Shown: positions 42,881-53,357 of the stretch, in pieces
Numbering within the stretch: the stretch's first letter is position 1
Layout of the letters: each line of letters starts with the position of its first letter
Sequence record: OQ427096.1
DNA length: 64,000 bases
Reading direction: 5' to 3' (one strand)
Position numbers and translations under genes: made by a program
Notes under the pieces: generated by a model
What the model saw: the letters and a program-made list of their open reading frames with translations, nothing else
Database searches by the model: none
What the model was told of the DNA's origin: nothing

Positions 42881-42888
42881 TATAAATA
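42881..42888 (+). promoter_or_regulatory. T4-type late promoter
   Basis: Perfect TATAAATA. Confidence 0.8.
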
Positions 42889-42919
42889 TCGAGGATATCG
42901 AATTGATAAGGATCGAGCC

Positions 42920-43456
42920 TTGATTAACCTAGACCAACTCTATGCTCGCACCCCGGTCACTACTTTCACCGGCGCCGAGATTATCGCGGTCCAGAAGGAT
43001 GGCGTGACGGGTGCATCTGTTCTGTCGACATTGAAGAACTTTCTGAAAAGCGGATTTGTTGCCAACGATGTGAGTGATGCAACGACTGTAGGCAAGCAGT
43101 TGATGAAGGTTGCATCCGTTTCGGCGGCAAAGACTCTCCTTGAAGTGCCTGAGCCAACTCCGGAGCCTTTGGCTCCTGTTTCACTGACTGCAAGCACTAC
43201 CCTTGCAAAGACACACGCCAATCGCCGTGTCTTTGTGAAAGCAGCTGCAACCCTCACCACCAATGCAGCTGTAATCGCTGATACTGACACGTTCACCATC
43301 TACAATCTTCATACGGCTGCGGTAACGCTGACTCCGAAGAGTGGTGAAACTTTCCGCGTCAAAGGCACAGGATCAGCATCGACCTTTAGCATTCCTGCGA
43401 ACACGAGTGTGCGAGTTTTCCTAATCGACGCCACCACTTGGTTCATCGAGAATTGA
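42920..43456 (+). CDS. putative virion protein
   Basis: TTG start after AAGGA; beta-rich C-terminal domain. Confidence 0.65.
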   Translation: MINLDQLYARTPVTTFTGAEIIAVQKDGVTGASVLSTLKNFLKSGFVANDVSDATTVGKQLMKVASVSAAKTLLEVPEPTPEPLAPVSLTASTTLAKTHANRRVFVKAAATLTTNAAVIADTDTFTIYNLHTAAVTLTPKSGETFRVKGTGSASTFSIPANTSVRVFLIDATTWFIEN

Positions 43457-43459
43457 TAG

Positions 43460-44098
43460 ATGGATGACCTAATTTCTCTTCCCGTAGTAACAGATGACTT
43501 CGACGGACAGACAGCTGCCCTCGACCAAGCCATCCGTGAGGCTGCGGTTGCATTCAATTTCAGCTATTTGGCAGACGCTCCTACATTTGAGCAGCTCTAC
43601 CATGTTCCTGATCTTGTCTACAAACTTGTCGAACACTACACGATGCGAGGCTTCATCTGCACCTACGATGGTGAGGCAGGTAAGCTAAAGATCGCATGGG
43701 ATCACCCAAATATGTCCTGGCTCGAGGCGAGGGAAATTACTCGTGCGATCCCGGAAATGATCCCAAACCTCGGCATTGCCTTCCGTGCTGGTCTGCTCTA
43801 TCTCTGCATGACCAACGGTACCGACCTGCGCGCCGAATCCGACTTCACCCTGCAGACTAAGCTCGGAAAGGAAATCAAGGCTGCTGCTACTCTGGGCAAC
43901 CTACAGCTTTCCTTCGGCTTCCCATCTGTGCCAGCTCCAGCTGTTCAGAACCTCTTTGCTCCTACCTTCCAGGTATTGGAAGACCAAGGCTTTGAGATCA
44001 CCTACAGCGCAAATGCTAACATCTTCCTTTTGAAGTGGGGCACAAGCATGGCATTGAACTTTGTATCTGGGCAAACACTCGAGGTTGTGCTGTCTTGA
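43460..44098 (+). CDS. hypothetical late protein with internal duplication
   Basis: Two copies of I..AA...F....GF..TY......I.W pattern. Confidence 0.7.
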   Translation: MDDLISLPVVTDDFDGQTAALDQAIREAAVAFNFSYLADAPTFEQLYHVPDLVYKLVEHYTMRGFICTYDGEAGKLKIAWDHPNMSWLEAREITRAIPEMIPNLGIAFRAGLLYLCMTNGTDLRAESDFTLQTKLGKEIKAAATLGNLQLSFGFPSVPAPAVQNLFAPTFQVLEDQGFEITYSANANIFLLKWGTSMALNFVSGQTLEVVLS

Positions 44099-44763
44099 AA
44101 GGTCTCGTAATCGGCAAGCCACACTCTGGCAACGTCTGCATTAGGTACCGTGAGGATGCGTCTTCGACGGACTTCCTGCCACTACAACCAAACCCGTCTG
44201 AGCCACCTATCGTCATTCCTATCGAAGGAACTGGCGATATGTTCCGTGCGATCTACGACAAGGATGCTAACGGTGTAGTTGACACAGCCGATGAAGTTCC
44301 TGTCTCGCACATTCCTGGCCTTCAGGATACCATCAACGACATCTACAACCAAATTGGTTCAGGTGGCGGTGGTGGAGGAAACTCACAGGTCATCTTCGTA
44401 ACCAACACAGGTGGCGAGACGTTCCTACCTGGCATGCCTGTCTGTAAGGTCGGTAGTTCCTACCTGCGTGCTCGCTCCACTGGTCCAAGACAGACATGCC
44501 TTGGCCTTGCTGTTGATGCGTCAAACCCAGGTGAACAGCTAAAGATTCAGCAGGCAGGTCTATTCACTCTGTCTCCTGAAAATTGGGACTTGGTTACCAA
44601 TCAGGTTGGTGGCCTTGGCACGACGATGTTCTATTACGTGAACATGGATTCGCAATTGACCATGACTCCGCCTACCGACTTCCCTGAGTACCTTGTAAAG
44701 GTCGGATACGCCTTAAATAATACTGACTTCCTGATTGACCTTGACTTGTCAATCAAACTATAA
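44095..44763 (+). CDS. putative tail/fibre accessory protein
   Basis: Gly linker then C-terminal domain similar to that of 44773-46509. Confidence 0.65.
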   Translation: MKGLVIGKPHSGNVCIRYREDASSTDFLPLQPNPSEPPIVIPIEGTGDMFRAIYDKDANGVVDTADEVPVSHIPGLQDTINDIYNQIGSGGGGGGNSQVIFVTNTGGETFLPGMPVCKVGSSYLRARSTGPRQTCLGLAVDASNPGEQLKIQQAGLFTLSPENWDLVTNQVGGLGTTMFYYVNMDSQLTMTPPTDFPEYLVKVGYALNNTDFLIDLDLSIKL

Positions 44764-44772
44764 GAGACGGAC

Positions 44773-46509
44773 ATGGCAGACTTCAAACCCCTTAAGCTAG
44801 GCTCTAACAACGAGCTGACTCGCTTCCAGACCGGAGACAGCGTCGGCATTGACGCCGGTGGTACCGGTTCTACTACTGCGGCTGGCGCCCGTACAGCCCT
44901 TGGCCTTGCCATCGGTACGGATATCCAGGAACACAGTGACAAACTTGACACGCTCGCAGCACTAGCTGGCACCGGATTCCTGGTTCAGGACGGCGCGAAT
45001 GGTTGGCTTGCGCGTACCGTAGCGACGGCCTCTACAACTCGACTGACTGTTACCAATGCGAACGGCGTTGCAGGCAATCCAACGTTCGACCTCGCCACAG
45101 TCACCGACAGTGGTACAGGTACTTTCAAGAAGGTAACGGTTGACGGATACGGACGCGTAACTGGCACTTCTAACGTAACGACAGCAGACATCACAGCGCT
45201 CGTTGACTCGACCTATCTGAAGCTGTCAGGAGGATCGCTCACAGGTTTCCTGACGCTGCATGCTGATCCTACGAATGCGATGCACGCGGTCACCAAGCAG
45301 TACGTTGATACTGTGATGGCGTCTGGTGGTATTCCTCCGTTCGCTCCTGCAAAGGTTCGTACCACAGCTAACATCACCCTAAGCGGTGCACAGACAATCG
45401 ACGGCGTTTCGGTTGTCGCAGGTGATCGTGTTCTTGTTGCACAACAGACTACTGCTTCCCAGAACGGTGTCTATGTCGTTGCGGCAGGTGCATGGACACG
45501 CGCAACAGACGCGGATCAGACTGCTGAGTTCTCTCCTGCACGTCAGGTATTTGTCCAGCAGGGTACACTCTATGGCTTCACCACATGGGGCGTTGGTAAC
45601 ACGACTGCTCCTGTCATCGGCACTGATGCAATCACATTCGTGCAGGTTGGTGGTGCTGCTCAATACACTGCAGGTAACGGTCTCAGTCTCACAGGTACAC
45701 AGTTCTCTGCGGTGGGCGTTTCAGGACAGATCACTGTCACTGGTAGCGGCATTGGCCTTGCAACTTCGGGTGCAACGGCTGGTACCTACACCAAGGTAAC
45801 GGTTGATACCTACGGTCGTGTCACTGCAGGCGCGACAGCTACTCCAGCTGACATTGGCGCTCAGGCTTCTTCGACTAACCTCACCGCGCTGTCTGCCTAC
45901 AACACAAACGGCTTCCTTGTACAGTCTGCGGCTGGCACATTCGTTGGTCGCTCAATTGCTGTGGCTTCGACTACCCGTCTGACCATCACCAATGGTAACG
46001 GAGTATCTGGTAACCCAACACTTGATCTGGCTACCACAGGCGTTACAGCAGGTACCTACAACAGCGTGACCGTTGACGTCTATGGTCGTGTCACTGCAGG
46101 TACTTCGACTGCTTCGGATCAGGTTGTAACCTCGCTGACAAACGGCAACGCAGGTGCGATCGTCATTGGTCGTGCAGTCTACATCTCCGGCGCCAACACA
46201 TGTGATGTGGCAAACGCCAACAACTATGGCACGGCAAGCGTCATTGGTATCGCAACCTCGGTGACAACCGCATCAGGTGCAGCAGTGAACGTTGCTGTTT
46301 CCGGTGTCGTCACTGCAACAACTGCTCAGTGGGATGTGGTAACAGGTCAGTCTGGTGGTTTGACCACAGGTGCCAAGTACTACCTCTCCAACACAACCTC
46401 AGGTGCATTGACCACAACTGCTCCAGTTACAGGCATCCTGGCTCCGGTTGGTATCGCTGTGAGCACAACCAAGCTGGCTCTGCGCCTCGAGCGAGTTGTT
46501 GTTCTCTGA
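44773..46509 (+). CDS. tail fibre-like structural protein
   Basis: T/G/A-rich; repeated KVTVD.YGRVT; ANITLSGAQTIDGV, DRVLV..QT.ASQNGVYV. Confidence 0.8.
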   Translation: MADFKPLKLGSNNELTRFQTGDSVGIDAGGTGSTTAAGARTALGLAIGTDIQEHSDKLDTLAALAGTGFLVQDGANGWLARTVATASTTRLTVTNANGVAGNPTFDLATVTDSGTGTFKKVTVDGYGRVTGTSNVTTADITALVDSTYLKLSGGSLTGFLTLHADPTNAMHAVTKQYVDTVMASGGIPPFAPAKVRTTANITLSGAQTIDGVSVVAGDRVLVAQQTTASQNGVYVVAAGAWTRATDADQTAEFSPARQVFVQQGTLYGFTTWGVGNTTAPVIGTDAITFVQVGGAAQYTAGNGLSLTGTQFSAVGVSGQITVTGSGIGLATSGATAGTYTKVTVDTYGRVTAGATATPADIGAQASSTNLTALSAYNTNGFLVQSAAGTFVGRSIAVASTTRLTITNGNGVSGNPTLDLATTGVTAGTYNSVTVDVYGRVTAGTSTASDQVVTSLTNGNAGAIVIGRAVYISGANTCDVANANNYGTASVIGIATSVTTASGAAVNVAVSGVVTATTAQWDVVTGQSGGLTTGAKYYLSNTTSGALTTTAPVTGILAPVGIAVSTTKLALRLERVVVL

Positions 46510-46536
46510 TACACAATCAAACATCGGTTGATAAGG

Positions 46537-46561
46537 AAAAGGAGCCTAGTGCTCCTTTTCC
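46537..46561. terminator. Hairpin, likely bidirectional terminator
   Basis: AAAAGGAGC-CTAGT-GCTCCTTTT. Confidence 0.7.
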
Positions 46562-46565
46562 TTTG

Positions 46566-46573
46566 AATAAATA
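46566..46573 (+). promoter_or_regulatory. late promoter (variant)
   Basis: AATAAATA upstream of long fibre gene. Confidence 0.6.
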
Positions 46574-46596
46574 TCGCTGTATTACAGGACAGAATA

Positions 46597-49500
46597 ATGG
46601 CCTCCATCAAGCCTCTTTATATCAATGCAGCAGGACTCGAGGCTCAGGCAGCTTCGGGCGACACAGTACCGGTTGATTACGGCGGCACCGGTCTTTCCTC
46701 TCTGACTGCAAACAGCTATCTTCGTGCGGTGTCAAGCTCAGCCTTTGAGCTCCGCACACCTGCTCAGGTTCTTGCTGACATTGGTGCGCTGTCTACCACA
46801 GGCACTGCTGCTTCGGCGACTATCCTTGCGACTGCGCGCACCATCAACGGAACGAGCTTCAACGGCTCAGCCAACATCACAACCTCAACTTGGGGTACCG
46901 CTCGTACCTTGACGATTGGCTCGACGGGAAAGTCGGTAAACGGTTCTGCCAACGTGGCATGGAGCCTGACTGAAATTGGTGCTGCGCCCACTGTTCATAC
47001 GCATGTATCTGCAGACATTACTGACCTGCAGACACAGCTAAGTGGTCGAGTTCAGCGCGGCACTCTTCAGTTGAATCCGGATGGTACAGCACCTGCCACA
47101 TTCTTCAACGAAGTCTCTGACACTCTCGCACTCAAATATTCTAACAACTCTACAGGTTCCACAGGATACCCAACCGAGTTTGGTGCAACCCTGTCTGTGA
47201 TCATGGAAAAGCAGTCAACACGTTCGTTTGACCTGCATATGCCAACCAACTCGGCTAATAACCTCTACTTCCGAGGCTATTCGTCGGCAGGTACACCAAC
47301 TGATTGGAAGACCATTGGTGCCCTGCAGAATACCAACACCTGGACTGCAAAGCAGACTTTCGCCGGTGGTGTGAATATGGCCAACGACGTACTCCTTGAG
47401 TACGGTTCGGGCGGCGCAACAATCCGCGGCTCGTCCACAGGATCAATTATCCTGGCATCAGGTGCCGCTGCAGGTGCAGGTATTCGCCTCCGCCCAAACG
47501 GTGACACCAGCCTCACTGGTCAGGTTGCCATTGACACTGATGGTATCGTAGTCGCAACTGGATTCAGCGGTCCTTTGACTGGCAATGCTACAACGGCTAC
47601 CACGCTTGCTACTGCGCGCACAATCAACGGCACATCCTTTAACGGATCAGCTAACATCACTACCGCTAACTGGGGTACCGCTCGTACTCTAACCATCGGT
47701 GGCACAGGAAAGAGTGTCAATGGCTCAGCCAACGTAGCTTGGACCCTTGCTGAGATTGGTGCGGCGTCTGCTGACGACATGCTTTTGATCGGTGGCGACA
47801 ACCAAATCGGTAACGGTAACTTCTACACAGGCACGGCTGCAGGTTGGTCGGGTGGCAGTGGTAGCATCGGAAGCGGAACTGCTGTTCGTTCTATCGTTGA
47901 TAGCACTCTTGCGAGTACGGGTAAGGCATATCGAATGGATATTGCCAATTTCCCTACCACAGGTTACATTGAAATCATCTCCAACACCAACGTCAAGATT
48001 GCTCGTGTTCAGGGCGGCGAAAGAGCTGTCGTCGCAGCATACGCTCGTGGATCGGCAGGCGTTCGTGTCTTCCTACAAATCCGTTGGAATGATGAAACAG
48101 GCGCAGCTATCTCCTACACGGGTACACCTAACAATTCATCTTACCTAACGTCCGAGACCTGGACAAAGTACACCTACAGTGCTACGGCACCTGCCAATGC
48201 TGTATCTGCAAACCTTTATGTCCGAGTCTATGGCAACACGGCAGCTGATCAATGGTTCGAGACGAGCCATATCTCAATGCAGGTTGGCAATGTAAGCACA
48301 GGCTATGCACCGTCCATTGATGAGCTGAGAAACGATTTCAACAACCTGATTACCACTCCAAATGTCTGGAATCAATTGCAGACATTCAACGGAGGTTGGA
48401 CTCTACCAAACAACAAATTCGGATTGATCGGTACCGGTGGCGGATCGATCCGAGGAACTGACACAGGTAGCGTTGTACTGTCTTCGGGCACAGGTGGCAG
48501 CGGTTTCATCTACGTTCGTCCTAACGGTGATACCAGCACCTCATTCCAGACAGTGTTCTATGCCACAGGCAATGTGGACATGCCAACCGTTCGTGCAGGT
48601 GCATCTACTCCTAATGCCGCTGGCGCTGTAATGCTTGAACTTGTGTCTGAGCGCTCATGGCAGTTCCGTCAGCGCAACACAGGTGCGACAACTCAGCTAG
48701 AACTGTTTGATTTGACAGGAGCTAAGGACTTTGTCCTGTCCAACACATCAAACACGAACGTCATTGTGATGAACCCGACCAACAGTTCGATCAGTGCAAC
48801 GACGTTCACTGGAGCGTTGACTGGTAACGCAACAACTGCAACAACTCTTGCAACTGCTCGTACAATCAATGGTACATCGTTCAATGGTTCGGCGAACATC
48901 ACTACATCTTTGTGGGGTACTGCTCGCAACATCACAATCGGTTCGACAACTAAGAGCGTCAACGGTTCGGCTAACGTGTCTTGGACCCTGGCTGAGATTG
49001 GTGCGGTAGACGCATCAGGCTTTGTCAAGAAGGTCGGCGACACTATGAGCGGTGACCTCACCGTTTCTGCGAATGTCAGTGGCCAGATGGTTCGTGCAGG
49101 TTTCTCTGCCGACCTTGCATTTGCTCAGGTCAGAACCCTTGGTGACGGTTCGAGTATCGTTTGGTGGGAATCTATCCTGAAGAGCTCAGGCGGACCGGGC
49201 GGCGAGTCTTGGTACCGTGCAAAGTCTCACGTATGGACGAACGATCAGGGTAACATCAGTGCTACTCTGGACACATCAGGCACCTTTACCGCATACAATG
49301 TTCTTGCCGCAAAAAGTTTCTCTGTCACAGATGCAACCGCAACAAGCTCGATCCAAGGCAACCTGTCTATCAACGATAGCCTAAACGCCAAGGGTGTGAT
49401 GTATTTCGGTGGTAAGGTTGCTAACACCGGCAACAAGATCCGTATCCTAAACCCTGACACATCTACCTCTGTGAGAATTGACGCTGTAACTGCAGACGCA

Positions 49501-50712
49501 TCTGCATTTGCACAGATGAACTTCTATGCATCACAGTTCACATTCATCACCGGACGCGTTGGATTCAACGCTCACCTCAACTCTACAGCCACTGCAGCTG
49601 TTATTTCTGCTCAGAATGGCGGCACAGTATACCTGAGACCGAATGGTGCCGATAACTCAAACCAAGAAGTCACCGTAGGCACCGACGGTACACTGAATGT
49701 CTCTGGTAGTATCCGCCTTGGGGGTAACGGTCGTAACATTCGTTTGTATGATAACAACGTAGACACTGCGTGCGTTGACATTGGTTCGGGTATTGGTACA
49801 GGTACTGACCGAGGTGGCTATGTCATCAACCGAAACGCTGGCGGTGAACTATCTCTTTGGGCTCGTAACGGTGGTGTCCAGCTGCGCCTCGGTCTTAGAG
49901 ACGGTGTCGCAGGTGCTGTAGCACAGCTCAACGTTCCTATGCTCTTCTCTGCACCAGCTATGGATCCTGGAAACGCTGCAACCTGGTCGATCCTAACCAC
50001 CGGTTCCTACGGTGGTGGCGTTGGTATGCGCGACAATGCGGGTAGCGGAAACTACTTCGGTGGCATGTATCTCGGCTCTGGGCAGATGTACATCGGTTGT
50101 GGTGCACCAAATGAGGCAGGTATTCGTGCTTCGGTTGTGATCAAGAACGATTACCAATGGTACTTCACAGGTAACACTATCAACATCGAAGGTTCCTCGC
50201 CTACTATCCGTGTCTACGATAACGATCAAGGCTACACCAGCTGGATCCACCACAACGACGGTAACCACGGATTCCTGGCACACAATAGCTTCTCTTGGGC
50301 ATGTTTCCGTAACTCAGGAAATGATTGGCAGTGCCAGAACAACATCATCGCCTACGCATCTGATAGGCGCCTTAAGAAGAACATCGTTGATGCACCGAAC
50401 GATATCATCGAGCACTTCTTCGAGAATGTCCGCATCCGACAGTTCGATTGGGATGAAGAGAAGATTGCTCACTATAAGGTAGGCATCAAGGCACGAGTTG
50501 GTGAGGTGGGTGCTGTGGCTCAGGAAATGCAGGCGGTCTATTCTGACGCTGTTGCAGTCAATGAGGCGCACAACCAGATCAAGACCAAAGACAACCCTAA
50601 TCCTTTGAAGCCAGACTTCTTGACCATTGACTGGACAAAGACTGTTCCGCTTCTAATCGCCGAAGTACAGAACCTGCGCCGCAGAGTTGCACAATTGGAG
50701 AACCGAGCATGA
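46597..50712 (+). CDS. long tail fibre with C-terminal peptidase S74 intramolecular chaperone
   Basis: Three ARTINGTSFNGSANIT repeats; CBM-like central domain; SDRRLKKNI...GAVAQE...PLLIAEVQNL coiled-coil end. Confidence 0.9.
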   Translation: MASIKPLYINAAGLEAQAASGDTVPVDYGGTGLSSLTANSYLRAVSSSAFELRTPAQVLADIGALSTTGTAASATILATARTINGTSFNGSANITTSTWGTARTLTIGSTGKSVNGSANVAWSLTEIGAAPTVHTHVSADITDLQTQLSGRVQRGTLQLNPDGTAPATFFNEVSDTLALKYSNNSTGSTGYPTEFGATLSVIMEKQSTRSFDLHMPTNSANNLYFRGYSSAGTPTDWKTIGALQNTNTWTAKQTFAGGVNMANDVLLEYGSGGATIRGSSTGSIILASGAAAGAGIRLRPNGDTSLTGQVAIDTDGIVVATGFSGPLTGNATTATTLATARTINGTSFNGSANITTANWGTARTLTIGGTGKSVNGSANVAWTLAEIGAASADDMLLIGGDNQIGNGNFYTGTAAGWSGGSGSIGSGTAVRSIVDSTLASTGKAYRMDIANFPTTGYIEIISNTNVKIARVQGGERAVVAAYARGSAGVRVFLQIRWNDETGAAISYTGTPNNSSYLTSETWTKYTYSATAPANAVSANLYVRVYGNTAADQWFETSHISMQVGNVSTGYAPSIDELRNDFNNLITTPNVWNQLQTFNGGWTLPNNKFGLIGTGGGSIRGTDTGSVVLSSGTGGSGFIYVRPNGDTSTSFQTVFYATGNVDMPTVRAGASTPNAAGAVMLELVSERSWQFRQRNTGATTQLELFDLTGAKDFVLSNTSNTNVIVMNPTNSSISATTFTGALTGNATTATTLATARTINGTSFNGSANITTSLWGTARNITIGSTTKSVNGSANVSWTLAEIGAVDASGFVKKVGDTMSGDLTVSANVSGQMVRAGFSADLAFAQVRTLGDGSSIVWWESILKSSGGPGGESWYRAKSHVWTNDQGNISATLDTSGTFTAYNVLAAKSFSVTDATATSSIQGNLSINDSLNAKGVMYFGGKVANTGNKIRILNPDTSTSVRIDAVTADASAFAQMNFYASQFTFITGRVGFNAHLNSTATAAVISAQNGGTVYLRPNGADNSNQEVTVGTDGTLNVSGSIRLGGNGRNIRLYDNNVDTACVDIGSGIGTGTDRGGYVINRNAGGELSLWARNGGVQLRLGLRDGVAGAVAQLNVPMLFSAPAMDPGNAATWSILTTGSYGGGVGMRDNAGSGNYFGGMYLGSGQMYIGCGAPNEAGIRASVVIKNDYQWYFTGNTINIEGSSPTIRVYDNDQGYTSWIHHNDGNHGFLAHNSFSWACFRNSGNDWQCQNNIIAYASDRRLKKNIVDAPNDIIEHFFENVRIRQFDWDEEKIAHYKVGIKARVGEVGAVAQEMQAVYSDAVAVNEAHNQIKTKDNPNPLKPDFLTIDWTKTVPLLIAEVQNLRRRVAQLENRA
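46825..49008 (+). repeat. Three ~160-bp diverged direct repeats in the fibre gene (~46825-46986, ~47605-47766, ~48847-49008)
   Basis: LATARTINGTSFNGSANITT..WGTAR..TIG.T.KSVNGSANV.W.L.EIGA x3. Confidence 0.9.
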
Positions 50713-51110
50713 GCTCACGAGTAATCACAGAAGAAAGCATCACCCGTATTCGCGAGACTGTCGCACCTAATATCACTATCCAATGGGATCCAGTAACCAA
50801 TGGAGGACAGGTAACGTTCTTCATGCAGGATCAGATCACAGAGAATGGTGTCTACAAAGGCATGCAACCTCATCAAGGACTGCGCCCTAAGGAGAACTCT
50901 CTTGATATGAAGGGTGTGCTCATTGTGCCTATGGAAGAGATCATGAACTCGACCATTGTGACATCCTCAGGTGAAACGCCTGGTTATGTGCTGATGGTTC
51001 TTATCAAGGCATACTTTGAGCAGGTATTCACGGATCGTCTCAACAATCAGGACGCTGCGGACGCACTCAAGGGCGGTACAATTCCTGTCGAAGAGAAGGC
51101 GAGCCTCTAA
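50709..51110 (+). CDS. hypothetical tail-associated protein
   Basis: ATGA overlap with fibre gene. Confidence 0.7.
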   Translation: MSSRVITEESITRIRETVAPNITIQWDPVTNGGQVTFFMQDQITENGVYKGMQPHQGLRPKENSLDMKGVLIVPMEEIMNSTIVTSSGETPGYVLMVLIKAYFEQVFTDRLNNQDAADALKGGTIPVEEKASL

Positions 51111-51586
51111 TGCCAATTCCAGGTTCGGGTGCAATCTCATTTGCAGATCTAAGAAACGAGTTTGGCGGTGGTAACCCTGTAAGAATCTCAGACTACTTCC
51201 GCGGCGGTCCGCGAGTTCCAAACACAGGAACAAACGCAGGCGTACCAACAAGTGGAATCGTCTATCTGTCGCAGTATCGAAATGCGAGTGCATCTACACC
51301 ACTGACTGCATCGGTTCCGGATATCAACGCATCGCGTCTCCCAAACGGTTCGGCTACACGTTCAACAACAGTGACTGCATCTGGTGGTACAGGTTCCTAC
51401 AGCCTCACCAATGCTGTTCTTTTGTCAGGTAGTGCAACAGTTTCCCGAAGTGGCATGTCTGTCAACGTGACAGCATCTGCTACCAACGCTGAGAGAAACG
51501 GTTCGGTTCGCGTAACCATCTCAGATGGTGCAACCACTATCACTCGCGACTTCAACTTCTACATGCAATTCGGTACGCCGCTCTAA
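51110..51586 (+). CDS. putative tail-tip/adhesin-like protein
   Basis: MPIPGSGAISFADLRNEFGGGNPVRISDYFRGG, N-terminus typical of fibre-tip proteins. Confidence 0.7.
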   Translation: MPIPGSGAISFADLRNEFGGGNPVRISDYFRGGPRVPNTGTNAGVPTSGIVYLSQYRNASASTPLTASVPDINASRLPNGSATRSTTVTASGGTGSYSLTNAVLLSGSATVSRSGMSVNVTASATNAERNGSVRVTISDGATTITRDFNFYMQFGTPL

Positions 51587-51635
51587 GCCTGTAAATAATG
51601 GACAACGTAATGATACATTGCCCGGAGTTTACCCA

Positions 51636-52019
51636 ATGAAGTTTGCCGCATTCCAAAACCCAGCTGTTTTTGATCTTCTGAACCGCCTATTCGTGGCTCA
51701 GGTGCCTGTCAAGGTCGCCTACAAGCTCAGCAAGATCCAGAAGGCTGTGACCGTTGAGTCGGAACGTTACCAAGACCTGCGCATGAAGATCGTGTCCAAG
51801 TTTGGTACCAAGGACGAGAACGGTGAGCTCATCGTCGACGAGGCAGGCAATGCCAAGATCGAGGATGCAGCCCTGAATGACCTCATCGAAGAGATGAAGG
51901 AACTACACGACATTGACGTTACGCTAGAGAACAAGATCAAGCTCGATGACCTCGAGAAGGTTGACCTCTCCGCAACGGATCTGTCTATCCTAGAAATGTT
52001 GGACATCCTAGAAGAGTAA
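51636..52019 (+). CDS. putative tail-fibre assembly chaperone-like protein
   Basis: PVKVAYKLSKIQK...KFGTKDENGE; TAAATA upstream (51592-51597). Confidence 0.6.
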   Translation: MKFAAFQNPAVFDLLNRLFVAQVPVKVAYKLSKIQKAVTVESERYQDLRMKIVSKFGTKDENGELIVDEAGNAKIEDAALNDLIEEMKELHDIDVTLENKIKLDDLEKVDLSATDLSILEMLDILEE

Positions 52020-52021
52020 AG

Positions 52022-52267
52022 ATGCAAAAGACAAAAGTTGGTCGTTATGTCTGGAATATGCTGATCGCCATTGATCAGTTTTTCAACACAGTGTTTGGTG
52101 GTGACCCGGATGAAACGATCAGCAGCCGAATTGGCAAGATCACAGCTAACCGCCCGAAGTCTTGCCAATTCTGTGTCTTCCTTTGCAAGGTATTGAACAG
52201 GATCGATCGTGACCACTGTAACAAGGTCATTGAACTCGACCGAGGTTGGAGAGAGGTAATCAAGTGA
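52022..52267 (+). CDS. conserved phage protein next to endolysin
   Basis: NMLIAIDQFFNTVFGGDPDETISSR. Confidence 0.75.
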   Translation: MQKTKVGRYVWNMLIAIDQFFNTVFGGDPDETISSRIGKITANRPKSCQFCVFLCKVLNRIDRDHCNKVIELDRGWREVIK

Positions 52268-52269
52268 CC

Positions 52270-52911
52270 ATGAGCACTGAAACTGTAGCAATCAAGATGG
52301 GTGCACCTGCGGATGTCGCACGAGCACTCGAGAATGCCTGCATCAAGTTTGGCATCACAACCCAGAATCAGAAGTCGCACTTCCTCGGACAGATCTTTGT
52401 TGAGTCGGGTAGCTTCAAGACACTACGCGAGTCGCTGAATTACTCTGTCGAAGGAGTGATGAAGACCTTTAGCCGTGCTCGTATCTCTGAGGCTGACGCT
52501 AAGAAGTACGGACGCACCGCAACCCAAAAGGCAAACCAACAGGCACTTGCCAACATCCTTTACGGTGGCATGTGGGGACTCAACAACCTCGGCAATTCCA
52601 AGGAAGGTGATGGTTGGGCTTTCATTGGTCGTGGACTCAAGCAGCTCACAGGTCGCTCCAACTACACAGCTTGCTCGCTTGCTCTGTATGGTGATGATCG
52701 TCTTGTAAAGAATCCTGCCCTACTTGAACAGCTTCCTGATGCAGCACTGTCTGCAGGTTGGTTCTGGTCTTCCCGTGGACTCAACTCTCTGGCTGAGTCT
52801 AACTCGTATGAACAGGTCACTCGCAAGATCAATGGTGGCCTTAACGGATACGATGCACGCGTTGCAGCAACAAAGAAGGCATACGCGCTCTTCGAATCCC
52901 TAAAGGGCTAA
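52270..52911 (+). CDS. endolysin, glycoside hydrolase family 19
   Basis: HFLGQIFVESGSF, GDGW.F.GRGLKQLTGRSNY, INGGLNGYDAR. Confidence 0.93.
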   Translation: MSTETVAIKMGAPADVARALENACIKFGITTQNQKSHFLGQIFVESGSFKTLRESLNYSVEGVMKTFSRARISEADAKKYGRTATQKANQQALANILYGGMWGLNNLGNSKEGDGWAFIGRGLKQLTGRSNYTACSLALYGDDRLVKNPALLEQLPDAALSAGWFWSSRGLNSLAESNSYEQVTRKINGGLNGYDARVAATKKAYALFESLKG

Positions 52912-52914
52912 GCT

Positions 52915-53229
52915 ATGTCTCAAGCAACACTTCAAGCCGCAACTCTAGCTATCCTCGCAGGTGGCGCATCCTGGACACAGGGCGCCCTTGCACGAAAGGC
53001 TGATGGTCTACCATGTTCCCCGTTCAATGAAGATGCAGTTACATGGGACATGATGGGCGCTCTGATCAAGGCTCAACTCGAATCCGACGAGCCTAACTGG
53101 ACCAGCTATCATCTGGTCTACAACGCACTTCGAGATGCTCTGCCTGCCGACTACAAGAGCAGAGACATCGAAGCTTATAATGATGACGCAGATGTCGTAT
53201 GGGGCGACATTTCCGCTTTGTTCGCCTGA
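52915..53229 (+). CDS. hypothetical protein
   Basis: WTQGALAR...WDMMGAL..YND motif. Confidence 0.72.
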   Translation: MSQATLQAATLAILAGGASWTQGALARKADGLPCSPFNEDAVTWDMMGALIKAQLESDEPNWTSYHLVYNALRDALPADYKSRDIEAYNDDADVVWGDISALFA

Positions 53230-53357
53230 TTCAATCGAATCAACTCAATCCAACCCAGACTCAAAATTGAATATTTTAGAAATATTCTGAGCACAATACA
53301 AGGTTGTTTGGCGTAACATTTCTGTTACCCTAAACGGCACTGTAAAGGAGACAGATT

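Noticed and set aside
46597-51586. Diversity-generating retroelement or invertible fibre cassette
   Set aside because: No reverse transcriptase, no template/variable repeat pair with adenine-specific differences, no invertase or inverted sites in the window
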